Shown here: piece by piece, positions 53,943-63,714 of the stretch | Position numbering within the stretch: the first letter of the stretch is position 1 | How the letters are laid out: the number at the start of each line of letters is the position of its first letter | Assembly (NCBI GenBank): GCA_964487105.1 | Contig: CAZAPH010000002.1 | Coordinates: 9,125 to 73,124, forward strand | DNA length: 64,000 nucleotides | Reading direction: 5' to 3' | From: an uncultured Akkermansia sp. | Lineage (GTDB): Bacteria; Bacteroidota; Bacteroidia; B-17B0; Aurantibacillaceae | The notes under the pieces: model-generated | Seen by the model: the letters and a program-made list of their open reading frames with translations, nothing else | Database searches by the model: none | Told to the model about the DNA's origin: nothing | Translations under genes and position numbers: made by a program

Positions 53943-54284
53943 TTAGCATTTTTTTACAAACTCGCTTTTTAATGCCATTGCACCAAACCCTTCAATTTTG
54001 CAATCAATATTGTGGTCGCTATCAACCAATTTTATGTTTCTAACTTTTGTTCCTGCTTTTATTGATTGTGACGAACCTTTTACGGGTAAGGTTTTTATAG
54101 TTACTACACTATCGCCGTTTTTTAAAACATTGCCATTTACATCTTTAACTATAAATTTAGTTTCTGTAACCTCAACAGGGATTTCATCATTAGTCCATTC
54201 GTTAAAACAATCAGGGCAAGTATAAACCTCATCGTAAACATAAGTATTTATACCTTTACATTTTGGGCAGTTGGGATAGTCCAT
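53943..54284 (-). CDS. Zinc-ribbon PhnA/YjdM protein
   Basis: CPKC...CPDC..EW, KDVNGN.L..GD and LKSEFVKK motifs. Confidence 0.92.
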   Translation of the reverse strand: MDYPNCPKCKGINTYVYDEVYTCPDCFNEWTNDEIPVEVTETKFIVKDVNGNVLKNGDSVVTIKTLPVKGSSQSIKAGTKVRNIKLVDSDHNIDCKIEGFGAMALKSEFVKKC

Positions 54285-54294
54285 TATTAAAATT

Positions 54295-55701
54295 TTAAAT
54301 GTGAATAGCTCTTTTCCCTGTAGCGTCTAAGGCGGCTTCTTTTAAGCTTTCGGTAAATGTTGGATGTGCGTGGCAAATACGCGAAATATCTTCGGCGCTA
54401 GCTTTGTATTCCATAGCTACAACAGCTTCTGCAATCATATCAGCGGTGCGAGGACCAATCATATGAACACCTAAAATTTCATCTGTTTTTTCATCAGCTA
54501 AAACTTTTACAAAACCATCAGTATCCATACTTGCGCGGGCTCTACCACTTGCTTTAAACGGAAAAGAACCAGTTTTATATTTTATACCTTTTTCTTTTAA
54601 TTGTTCTTCGGTAAAACCAACAGCAGCAACTTCGGGCCAAGTGTAAACAACACCCGGAATTAAATTATAATTAATGTGTGGTTTTTGACCAGCAATTTGT
54701 TCTGCAACATAAACCCCTTCTTCTTCTGCTTTATGCGCAAGCATTGCTCCTACAACCACATCTCCAATTGCATAAATATTTTCTATATTCGTTTTTAAGT
54801 GTGTATCAACGGCAACTCTACCGCGTTCATCTAGTTTAACACCTGCTTTTTCAAGGTTTAACCCTTCGGTGTATGGTTTTCGGCCAACAGCCATTAATAC
54901 ATAATCTCCTTTAATTTCTATTTTTTCACCTTTACCATTATCTGCAGCTACTGTTACATCTTTACCTTTTACAACAACACTTTCAACTTTGTGTTTCATA
55001 AAAAACTCAACTTTAAGGTCTTTTTTCATAACCCTTTGAAGTTCTTTACCTAATGCGGCATCCATAGTTGGGATTAAACGATCCATAAATTCAACAACCG
55101 AAACTTTTGCACCTAAACGCGCATAAACACTACCTAATTCTAAACCAATTACTCCACCACCAATTACTATTAAGTGTTTTGGAATTTCTTGTAATTCTAA
55201 CGCTTCAGTTGAGGTAATAATCCTTTTTTTATCAATGGTAATTCCTGGTAAAGATGAAGGTTTAGAGCCTGTGGCAATAATTGTTTTTGATGATTCTATT
55301 TGTTGTTTTTTACCACTGCTATCGGTAATATTAATTACTGTTTTAGAATCAAAACTACCTACACCATTAAAAACGGTAATGTTATTTTTTTTCATTAAAT
55401 AATTAATACCATCGCAGGTCATTTTTACTACACCTCGTTTACGTTCAATCATTTGTTTGATGTTAACTTTTGGTGATTTTACTTCAATACCATGTTCTTC
55501 AAAATGATTTACGGCATTAAAATAATGTTCAGACGAATCTAATAATGCTTTAGAAGGGATGCAACCAACGTTTAAACAAGTGCCACCAAGGGTAGCATAT
55601 TTTTCAATTAATGCAGTTTTCATTCCTAATTGTGCACAACGTATTGCAGCAACATATCCACCAGGGCCAGAGCCTATAACAGTTACATCAAATTTTTCCA
55701 T
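54295..55701 (-). CDS. lpdA: Dihydrolipoamide dehydrogenase
   Basis: [20 protein letters not shown] and HAHPT motifs. Confidence 0.97.
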   Translation of the reverse strand: MEKFDVTVIGSGPGGYVAAIRCAQLGMKTALIEKYATLGGTCLNVGCIPSKALLDSSEHYFNAVNHFEEHGIEVKSPKVNIKQMIERKRGVVKMTCDGINYLMKKNNITVFNGVGSFDSKTVINITDSSGKKQQIESSKTIIATGSKPSSLPGITIDKKRIITSTEALELQEIPKHLIVIGGGVIGLELGSVYARLGAKVSVVEFMDRLIPTMDAALGKELQRVMKKDLKVEFFMKHKVESVVVKGKDVTVAADNGKGEKIEIKGDYVLMAVGRKPYTEGLNLEKAGVKLDERGRVAVDTHLKTNIENIYAIGDVVVGAMLAHKAEEEGVYVAEQIAGQKPHINYNLIPGVVYTWPEVAAVGFTEEQLKEKGIKYKTGSFPFKASGRARASMDTDGFVKVLADEKTDEILGVHMIGPRTADMIAEAVVAMEYKASAEDISRICHAHPTFTESLKEAALDATGKRAIHI

Positions 55702-55797
55702 GTTAATTAAAATAATTAAGGTATAAAATTAACAATTTTATATGGTATTTACTAAGAAAAGAAAACACAAAACAATAAGGTTTTAATACTTAAAACT

Positions 55798-56629
55798 TTA
55801 ATCTTCTAAATAACCAAATTTACCTGTGTTATAATCGTTAAACGCATCAATTAACTGTTGTTGGGTATTCATTACAAAAGGGCCGTGTGCCGCAATGGGC
55901 TCGTTTAATGGTTGGCCGCTTAAAACCAAAACAATTGCGTTTTCATTTGCTTGTACTGTAAAATTTTCGCCATCGTTTGCCATTAAAGCTAAATGATCTG
56001 TTTCAACTTTTTCAGTATCATTAACAATTACTTCGCCCTCAATAACCAATAAAGCGGTGTTGTAGCTATTTGGAATATTAAAACTTATTTTTCCGTTTTT
56101 GTTAAGGTTAGCATTTAAAATATTAAGTGGACTAAACGTACTTGCGCTCCCTTTTGTTCCGTTAAATTCACCAGCAATTACCTCAACTACGCCTGCGTTT
56201 AAAGGCAGGTTTACTTTTGCCATTTCGCTATTAATTATGGATTGATACTTTGGTGCACTCATTTTATCTTTAGCGGGTAAATTAACCCAAAGTTGTACCA
56301 TTTGAAAAATACCACCTTTTTTACTCCATTCTGTTTCGTGAAATTCTTCCAATTATACCGCCACCGCCCGAAGAATCGTGATGTTCTACTTTTCCTTGAT
56401 AAGCAATGGTTACGGTTTCAAACCCACGATGAGGGTGTACGCCAACACCTTTTGGTATTTGCGAAGGAGGAAAATTATATTTAGAATTGTAATCTAACAT
56501 AATAAACGGGTCCATTCTTTTCATATTCATTCCAGGGTAGCTTGGAATAAAATTATGTACCCTAAAACCATCACCCACAAAATGAGGAGTACCTGGTTTA
56601 GCAATAATTTCTACATTTTTTTGTTTCAT
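55798..56629 (-). pseudogene. Pirin family protein with an internal frameshifting deletion near 56350
   Basis: HPHRGFETVT in the first ORF and QLWVNLP/GPFVMN in the second; the conserved QWMTA...H segment is missing. Confidence 0.85.
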
Positions 56630-56964
56630 AGTTTTAATTTTTAATACTTCAAAAATACAATTGAATTAAAACAGAGGCATTGATGTATGTTAAGAAATTA
56701 TACCGCTCATAAATAATAATTAGTCAACCCTTAAAAAGTTATATTTCTTTTTCCACTTTTTCTTAACAAAAAGTGGAGCAAAAGTCAAGGCGTTTCGAAC
56801 TACCCGCCCGCTCTTAATTTTTCTTGAAAATTTAATCGACGTAAATTTTATACCGCTTTGCTTTAACAGCTTTTCCTATAATCAGAAACAAGTTTTCTTG
56901 GAGGCGGCATTACCATTGTAAAATTATAAAATAGTGCAAAACTATTTTTTAATTACAATTGGTA

Positions 56965-57549
56965 TTATTTAGTTATACTTATTTCTTTTCTTACTCTGCT
57001 TAGGCTTTCTGGAGTAATACCAAGGTATGAAGCAACATAAGTTTGAGGTACACGCATTAAAACATCGGGATAGGTGTTTATAAAATCTAAATAACGCTCT
57101 TTAGCTGTTTTACTTTGTAGTTGTGTAATGCGTTTTTGTAAGCTGGCAATGTGTTTGTGTAATAATTGAATATTAAAATTTAAAAAGAGCGAATTGGTTA
57201 ATGCTAATTTATCAATTAATTCTTTTTCAATTATAAACACCGTTGTGTTTTCAACCGCTTCAATGTAATAGGATGATGGTAAATTAAAACACTCGCCCTC
57301 TCTGTTGGCCATAAACCAATTTTCAGGAGCAAATTGTATAATATGTTCTTTTCCTTTATCATCAATAGAGAATTGTCGTAATAAACCATCTTCAACAAAG
57401 TATGATTTTTTACTTAACTCGCCCTCACGCAACAAAAATTCTCCTTTTTTATAATGTTGTGTTGCGCAATTGTTTAATAGTTCTTTATTTATTAATTCTA
57501 GCGAGTCAACATTGCTTGTTAGATAAGTTTTAAATCTAAATGTTTTCAT
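56965..57549 (-). CDS. Crp/Fnr family transcriptional regulator
   Basis: cNMP-binding domain and ASYLGITPESLSRVRK HTH. Confidence 0.92.
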   Translation of the reverse strand: MKTFRFKTYLTSNVDSLELINKELLNNCATQHYKKGEFLLREGELSKKSYFVEDGLLRQFSIDDKGKEHIIQFAPENWFMANREGECFNLPSSYYIEAVENTTVFIIEKELIDKLALTNSLFLNFNIQLLHKHIASLQKRITQLQSKTAKERYLDFINTYPDVLMRVPQTYVASYLGITPESLSRVRKEISITK

Positions 57550-58363
57550 TTATTTGTGTTGCTATAAAATTTGGATTTTTTAAATTTTGTTTGTTATAAG
57601 TTAGCGGTAAATTGGTTTCGGTTCTTATAATTGTTCCGTTGGCGTTATTTAAAATACAATGCCCTGCTGCGGTATCCCACTCCATTGTGGTGCCAAACCG
57701 GGGGTATTCGTTAGCTTCACCATCTGCAACTAAACACATTTTTAAACTACTACCAGTATTAATTAAATTTATAGTGCCTTTTTTACTTTCTAATTGTTTT
57801 ATATGGCTATTTAATTCAGTACTTAAATGCGACCTACTTGCAACAACTGTATAATTTTTTGGTTTATTAACCGTTGGAAGTTGTTGAGCAGAATTTAAAA
57901 TTGTTTTAAAGCAATCTAATTTATTAGTATTTATAAGACTTATAACGTTGTGCGGATTAATTTTAAAACTACCTAAACCATTTAACGCAAAAAATAAATT
58001 TTTAAAAACAGGCGAGTAAATTACGCCAATTACCGGCTTATCGTATTCAATTAATGCAATATTTACAGTAAACTCGCCGTTACGTTTTATAAATTCTTTT
58101 GTACCATCTAGGGGGTCTATTAACCAAAGTTTTTGCCAATTTTTTCGTGTTTCATAATTTTCAATATTTTCTTCTTCGCAAATAAAAGGAATATTAAAGC
58201 TAGAGAGAGAATTTATAATTGATTTTGATGCCGCCTTATCTGCTAGGGTTACAGGCGTGTTATCTAGTTTAATTTCAACCTTAAAATTAGTATCGTAAAT
58301 TTTTAAAATGTCGTGGCCAGCATTTATTGCCGCCTTAATTGCGCTATGGAGTAGTTCGTTCAT
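57536..58363 (-). CDS. cysQ: 3'(2'),5'-bisphosphate nucleotidase CysQ
   Basis: WLIDPLDGTKEFI, GSSLK and EWDTAAG motifs. Confidence 0.95.
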   Translation of the reverse strand: MNELLHSAIKAAINAGHDILKIYDTNFKVEIKLDNTPVTLADKAASKSIINSLSSFNIPFICEEENIENYETRKNWQKLWLIDPLDGTKEFIKRNGEFTVNIALIEYDKPVIGVIYSPVFKNLFFALNGLGSFKINPHNVISLINTNKLDCFKTILNSAQQLPTVNKPKNYTVVASRSHLSTELNSHIKQLESKKGTINLINTGSSLKMCLVADGEANEYPRFGTTMEWDTAAGHCILNNANGTIIRTETNLPLTYNKQNLKNPNFIATQINENI

Positions 58364-58405
58364 TAAAATGGTTAATTTTGTAAATTAATTTTAGTTAGGG
58401 TTTAT

Positions 58406-59818
58406 ATGAGCAAGATAAAGAAAAATTATATTATAAACGATTTAGAAGTGGTTGATATAAGCACAGAAGGTAAAGCCATTGCCAAACAAGATGGCTTGGT
58501 TGTGTTTATAGAAGGAGCTGTTCCTGGCGATAGGGTTGATGTAATGGTACATCGAAAAAAAAACAGTTTTGCCGAAGGAAAGGTTTATCAAATTAATAAA
58601 TTTTCAGAAGATAGGGTGGAGCCTGCGTGCAAACACTTTGGCACATGTGGCGGTTGCAAATGGCAAAATTTTAATTACTCAAAACAATTGTATTTTAAAC
58701 AAAAATATGTTTTTGATGCTTTTACAAGAATTGGAAAATTAGAGTTTGATGAAATTAAGCCTATACTCGGAAACAAAGAAAAATATTATTATAGAAACAA
58801 ATTAGAATTTTCTTTTTCAAACAAAAAATGGCTTACCAATGATGAAATAAAAAATGCTGAACAAATAGAAAATAAAAACGCGCTTGGGTTTCATATACCC
58901 GGTTTGTTTGATAAGGTGTTGGATATTGAACATTGTTTTTTACAAAAAGGATTAAGTAATGAGATAAGAAATTCTATTAAGCAATATGCGTTACAAAACA
59001 ATTTAAGCTTTTTTCAAATTAGAGACAAACAAAATTTTTTACGCACCTTAATGATACGTACTACAAGTACAGGCGAAACCATGGTGGTGTTAAGCGTTTT
59101 TGAATATTTAGAAAACGAATTGTTTAAGCTTTTAAATTATATTAAAAATAATTTTCCAACTATAACAAGCCTACAATATACTCATAATCCAAAAGGTAAT
59201 GATACTTTAAACGATTTAGAGTTACACACCTTTTATGGCACGCCTTATATTACAGAGCAAATGGAAGGCTTAAAATTTAGAATAAGTGCAAAAAGTTTTT
59301 ATCAAACCAATTCTGAACAAGCTTTTGAACTTTACAAAATTACAAGAGATTTTGCGGGATTGAAAGGAAATGAAACCGTGTATGATTTATATACAGGCAC
59401 CGGAACTATAGCAAACTTTATTGCAAGGTTTTGTAAAAAAGTTATTGGAATTGAATATGTTGAAGATGCAATTAGCGATGCAAAAGTAAATTCAGAAATT
59501 AATCAAATAACCAACACAAGTTTTTTTGCCGGCGACATGAAAAATGTTTTAAACGAGCAATTTATAAATACGCATGGGCAACCAGATGTGGTAATAACAG
59601 ATCCACCAAGAGCCGGTATGGCGCCCGAGGTAGTTGAGGTTTTATTAAAGGTAAAACCAAAAAAAATCGTTTACGTTAGCTGCAACCCAAGCACACAAGC
59701 CCGAGATTTGGATTTAATGCGTAACGTGTATAAAATAATTAAAACACAACCTGTTGATATGTTTCCGCAAACAGCACATGTAGAAAATGTTGTGTTGCTT
59801 GAAATTATAAATAAATAA
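58406..59818 (+). CDS. rlmD: 23S rRNA m5U1939 methyltransferase
   Basis: TRAM domain, C.HFG.CGGC, SFYQTN, DPPRAG and YVSCNP motifs. Confidence 0.93.
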   Translation: MSKIKKNYIINDLEVVDISTEGKAIAKQDGLVVFIEGAVPGDRVDVMVHRKKNSFAEGKVYQINKFSEDRVEPACKHFGTCGGCKWQNFNYSKQLYFKQKYVFDAFTRIGKLEFDEIKPILGNKEKYYYRNKLEFSFSNKKWLTNDEIKNAEQIENKNALGFHIPGLFDKVLDIEHCFLQKGLSNEIRNSIKQYALQNNLSFFQIRDKQNFLRTLMIRTTSTGETMVVLSVFEYLENELFKLLNYIKNNFPTITSLQYTHNPKGNDTLNDLELHTFYGTPYITEQMEGLKFRISAKSFYQTNSEQAFELYKITRDFAGLKGNETVYDLYTGTGTIANFIARFCKKVIGIEYVEDAISDAKVNSEINQITNTSFFAGDMKNVLNEQFINTHGQPDVVITDPPRAGMAPEVVEVLLKVKPKKIVYVSCNPSTQARDLDLMRNVYKIIKTQPVDMFPQTAHVENVVLLEIINK

Positions 59819-59885
59819 GGTAATTAATATTACTTGAAATAACGTTAAAATAAGTATATTTGGTAATTCACTAATTAATTTAAAA

Positions 59886-60362
59886 ATGAAAAAAATTTTA
59901 TTGATAGCTTTGGTTTTAGGATTTTTTAGTTGTTCAAACCCAACAAAAACCGAACTTTTAGATTATGTAAATAATAAAATTATTGTTGCCTCTGGTTGGG
60001 AAACAAAAGCCATTAGAGCCTATGAGCAGGTAAGCGGTACAAATTATAAAAACGATTCGCTTATGTATTTAACAATACAATCAGACGTTAAGCCTAATTA
60101 CACAACCTTTTGTAAAGAGTTGCAAAAATTTCAAACAGAATTAACACAACCCGAAATTAGTAATTTAAATAAAAAATATATTGAAGGCGCAAACTTACAA
60201 CTAAAAGGGTTTGAATTAATTTCGGAAGCTTTAGAAAAGCAAGATACAGCCTTAATTATTAATGCAAATGAATGTTTAACCAAAGGTAGAGTTTTAATTG
60301 AAGAGTGGCGTGTTGGGTTAGATAGTGTTTGTAAAAAATATGATATTACGCTTACAAAGTAA
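59886..60362 (+). CDS. Lipoprotein, hypothetical
   Basis: Lipobox FFSC; helical body. Confidence 0.75.
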   Translation: MKKILLIALVLGFFSCSNPTKTELLDYVNNKIIVASGWETKAIRAYEQVSGTNYKNDSLMYLTIQSDVKPNYTTFCKELQKFQTELTQPEISNLNKKYIEGANLQLKGFELISEALEKQDTALIINANECLTKGRVLIEEWRVGLDSVCKKYDITLTK

Positions 60363-60365
60363 TTA

Positions 60366-61079
60366 ATGAGTAAAAAAAATATAGTTGTTTTTACTGGTGC
60401 AGGAGTAAGTGCAGATAGTGGAATAAAAACGTTTAGAGATGCTGATGGCTTATGGGAAAACCATAAAGTAGAAGATGTTGCAACACCCGAAGCTTGGATT
60501 AAAAATAAAGAATTGGTTTTAAAATTTTATAACGAAAGACGAAAACAATTACTTAATGCACAGCCAAACGCTATGCATATATTTATTGCAAGTTTAGAAA
60601 AGGAATATAATGTAAATGTAATTACACAAAATGTTGATGATTTGCATGAGCGTGCTGGCAGTAAAAATGTTTTACACTTACATGGCGAGTTAACTAAAGC
60701 CAGAAGTACAATTAACCCCGAATTAATTTATACAATAAAAAAAGACACCTTAGAGTTAGGAGATTTATGCGAATTAAAATCGCAACTAAGGCCGCACATT
60801 GTTTGGTTTGGCGAAGATGTTCCAGAAATGGACAATGCTTATAAACAAACAGAATTTACGGATTTATTTATTGTGGTTGGTACATCGTTAAGTGTATATC
60901 CAGCAGCAAATTTATTAACCTACGTTAGTGCTTATACACCAAAAATTTTGGTTGACCCCGGAACATTTAATTTAGATTATGTAAAAAATCTAACCCACAT
61001 ACAAGCAACTGCTGCAAATGGTGTAATTGCATTAAACCAAGCAATAGACAAACTATTTAATGTTAAAAGTTTTTTATAA
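60366..61079 (+). CDS. cobB: Sir2-family NAD-dependent deacylase
   Basis: GAGVSADSGIKTFR, TQNVDDLHERAG, HG and GTSL motifs. Confidence 0.93.
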   Translation: MSKKNIVVFTGAGVSADSGIKTFRDADGLWENHKVEDVATPEAWIKNKELVLKFYNERRKQLLNAQPNAMHIFIASLEKEYNVNVITQNVDDLHERAGSKNVLHLHGELTKARSTINPELIYTIKKDTLELGDLCELKSQLRPHIVWFGEDVPEMDNAYKQTEFTDLFIVVGTSLSVYPAANLLTYVSAYTPKILVDPGTFNLDYVKNLTHIQATAANGVIALNQAIDKLFNVKSFL

Positions 61080-61238
61080 CCGGTTAATTTTTAGCAAATT
61101 AAAATTTTACAAAAACTTTCTAATTTCTTTTTAAATTACTATATTTATTTTATTTCCGTAGTAGTTTTATGGGACTAAGGTTAGCGAAGCTATGTTTTGT
61201 AGCAACCAATTGATACAATTTGTATTATTTTTGAGTGA

Positions 61239-62285
61239 ATGAATTCACCTCAACTAATTAATCACAAAGGCGAAAGTAGAATAGTTTTTTATTGTGAACA
61301 AAACTCAGAACTAGAAACACAAATTAAGCAGATTAAAGGGCGTAAGTGGAGCGCAACATTAAAAGCTTGGCATATACCAAACAGTAAAGAAAACAGAGAA
61401 CGTTTTTTATTAACCAATAAAACGGCTATTAACGCAGAAAATATAAACACCACAAACACCCAAATAGCTTATTTTACAAAATGGATGAGCACAATAAGAT
61501 ACAGTAAAAACACCATAGATACGTACAGAGAGGCGTTAAAACAATTTTTGCTTTATTATCAAAACACACCAATTAATGAAATTAGTAACCAACACGTAAT
61601 TAATTTTAATAACGATTATATTATAAAAAACAAACTATCAACATCCTATCAAAATCAAATAATAAACGCCATAAAATTATATTTTAAAAAAATAGAAAAT
61701 AAAAAACTCGAAATTGATAACATTCAAAGACCAAAGCGCGAAAAAAAATTACCTAATGTATTAAGTAAAGCTGAGGTAAAATTAATTTTAACAGCACACG
61801 CCAATTTAAAACACAAAACCATGTTAAGTTTAATATATAGTTGTGGTTTAAGGTGTGGCGAATTACTTAATTTAAAAGTAGGAGATATTGATTCGAAAAG
61901 AAACTTAGTTATTATAAAGTTGGCCAAAGGCAAAAAAGATAGAATTGTGCCATTGAGCAATTCAATTTTAGTAATGTTAAGAGAATATTATACGGTTTAT
62001 AAACCATTAAATTGGTTGTTTGAAGGGCAGGTTAAAGGCACGCAATATGATGCCAGGAGCCTGCAACAAGTATTAAAACAAAGTTTACTAAAAACAAAAA
62101 TAGTAAAGCCCGTAACCTTACATTGGTTAAGACACAGTTATGCCACACATTTATTAGAATCTGGTACAGATTTACGCTATATACAAGAATTATTGGGCCA
62201 TAATAGTAGTAAAACCACCGAAATTTATACACACGTAAGTACAAACGCAATACAAAATATAGTATCGCCGTTTGATACTTTATAA
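61239..62285 (+). CDS. Tyrosine recombinase, integron-integrase-like
   Basis: SAM-like N-domain, LPNVLS, GLR, KGKKDR, HWLRHSYATHLLE, LGH and TEIYTH motifs. Confidence 0.93.
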   Translation: MNSPQLINHKGESRIVFYCEQNSELETQIKQIKGRKWSATLKAWHIPNSKENRERFLLTNKTAINAENINTTNTQIAYFTKWMSTIRYSKNTIDTYREALKQFLLYYQNTPINEISNQHVINFNNDYIIKNKLSTSYQNQIINAIKLYFKKIENKKLEIDNIQRPKREKKLPNVLSKAEVKLILTAHANLKHKTMLSLIYSCGLRCGELLNLKVGDIDSKRNLVIIKLAKGKKDRIVPLSNSILVMLREYYTVYKPLNWLFEGQVKGTQYDARSLQQVLKQSLLKTKIVKPVTLHWLRHSYATHLLESGTDLRYIQELLGHNSSKTTEIYTHVSTNAIQNIVSPFDTL

Positions 62286-62301
62286 AAAAACATTAAATTT
62301 G
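62271..62301 (+). promoter_or_regulatory. Bacteroidota sigma-A promoter facing the cassette array (Pc analogue)
   Basis: TTTG (62271-62274), 19 nt, TAAATTTG (62294-62301). Confidence 0.65.
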
Positions 62302-62354
62302 AATAACGCTAAAAACATTCGCCTATACAACCAACGGTTATTATAAAGGGAATA

Positions 62355-62384
62355 TTTTTATCGAGTATAAACAAGTTATGTGTA
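62355..62384 (+). other. attI-like site; core GTTATGTGTA at 62375
   Basis: Base composition changes here, and the 10-mer is the exact reverse complement of 63521-63530. Confidence 0.7.
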
Positions 62385-62392
62385 ATTAAGAC

Positions 62393-63511
62393 ATGGGAAA
62401 AAAGCCAGTCAGAGAATTAAAAACCATTCCAGTAATAATTGGAAATTGCGCACCATTTCGACTTGTGCTAAGAGACGGAGACATATGGAATCCGACTTTG
62501 GAGCAAATAAATAATAGAACGTACGATTACGTCAAGCTGAATAGAATGTCGACCTATGTTGACATCGGAATCAATCCATTTTCCCTTGGAATAGGCTTCG
62601 ATGGCAGTCTCATTTTGCCAGCAGTTCCAGATTATGCTTCACGTGAGCAAGCGCTCAATAAATTCAATGAAACATTAGGAATATTAATGCTTGGCGGCAT
62701 TTATTCCGAAGCTGTACATCCAACAGACATAAGTTATGGTAGCTTAACCCTTGACGGATATGTGCGATTTCATGGAGGAAGTGGCTCTTTAGCAGAGTTT
62801 CATTCCTCTATTCGATCTAAAATCATCGGCGCTCTTGGTGCAATTCGATTACTTAACCCCCAAGAAATATCGATTGCCGAATTTGAGGATTCCTATAAAA
62901 AAGGTAAAGAAATTTTTCAGAAAATAAAAGATTTGAATCCCAGTTTACTTCTCGGAGGGACTTCAAAGTTTGTAACTCATGAGTGGGCAGAAAGTCTAAT
63001 TTTCTTGTGGACATCAATAGAGCAAATAATAAATATACTTTGGAAAAGACACATGCTTGACATTTCAACCAAGATAAAAATTGAAGGCAGGAAAGATTTT
63101 CTTAAAGATCACAGAACGTGGACAAGTTCAAACAAAATCGAAATGTTGTATCAAAAAGCCGTTATACCTATTGAATTATACGACTTGCTAAACAATGCTA
63201 GGAAAACAAGAAATGAATTTATTCATAGCGCAAAAAGACTTGAAATGAAAAATGTTAAGCCAGCGCTTGAAGGTTTGTTTAAACTCATTTCCATAATAAT
63301 AAGTGACGGCGCTGAACTAACAAAATTGGATAGCGTTATAGATACAATATATCGAAATCAAAGAGGAGATCTCTTTCCAAAGAAAACAACACTTGGTAAT
63401 CCTGAAGTCACACATTGGATGCCTCTTCCTCCTCTTCCCGGTGACAAAGAATGGTGTAACAAAGAGTACGAAATTATCGACGACCTGATGTTAAGACCTT
63501 TAAAAAAATAA
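62393..63511 (+). CDS. Cassette 1: hypothetical protein with HEPN-like RxxxxH motif
   Basis: LWTSIEQ...RKTRNEFIH; codon usage and GC visibly differ from the flanking genes. Confidence 0.7.
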   Translation: MGKKPVRELKTIPVIIGNCAPFRLVLRDGDIWNPTLEQINNRTYDYVKLNRMSTYVDIGINPFSLGIGFDGSLILPAVPDYASREQALNKFNETLGILMLGGIYSEAVHPTDISYGSLTLDGYVRFHGGSGSLAEFHSSIRSKIIGALGAIRLLNPQEISIAEFEDSYKKGKEIFQKIKDLNPSLLLGGTSKFVTHEWAESLIFLWTSIEQIINILWKRHMLDISTKIKIEGRKDFLKDHRTWTSSNKIEMLYQKAVIPIELYDLLNNARKTRNEFIHSAKRLEMKNVKPALEGLFKLISIIISDGAELTKLDSVIDTIYRNQRGDLFPKKTTLGNPEVTHWMPLPPLPGDKEWCNKEYEIIDDLMLRPLKK

Positions 63512-63520
63512 TCTATTAAC

Positions 63521-63710
63521 TACACATAACAGCACCTACTGGCCATTGGGCAGACGAGGGTCATCGCCGCGCGCTATTAACAAGGTCGCTTCGCGAAATT
63601 TAATTTGCGGCGGCTAAAAAACTTGGGTATCTTTAAATAAACATTTGAGGTTATAGACAGTTGATGCTCCGAAAGCCCAACGGCCAGTAGCCGCCAAACG
63701 TTATGGGCAA
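63521..63710 (+). other. attC-like recombination hairpin
   Basis: TACACATAAC...CTACTGGCCATTGGGC (63536-63551) and GCCCAACGGCCAGTAG (63675-63690)...GTTATGGGC (63700); arms are 15/16 complementary. Confidence 0.8.
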
Positions 63711-63714
63711 CTCT

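Noticed and set aside
60366..61079. Sir2 gene next to the integrase as a defence (Thoeris/DSR-type) component
   Set aside because: It is an ordinary short CobB-type deacylase with host-like composition and lies outside the cassette boundaries.
61239..62285. Integrase as XerC/D or a prophage integrase
   Set aside because: There are no phage genes or tRNA attachment site, and the downstream paired core/inverse-core structure fits cassettes better.
62635..62650. Fourth parS-like site (TGCTTCACGTGAGCAA)
   Set aside because: It has four mismatches to the consensus and lies inside an acquired cassette.
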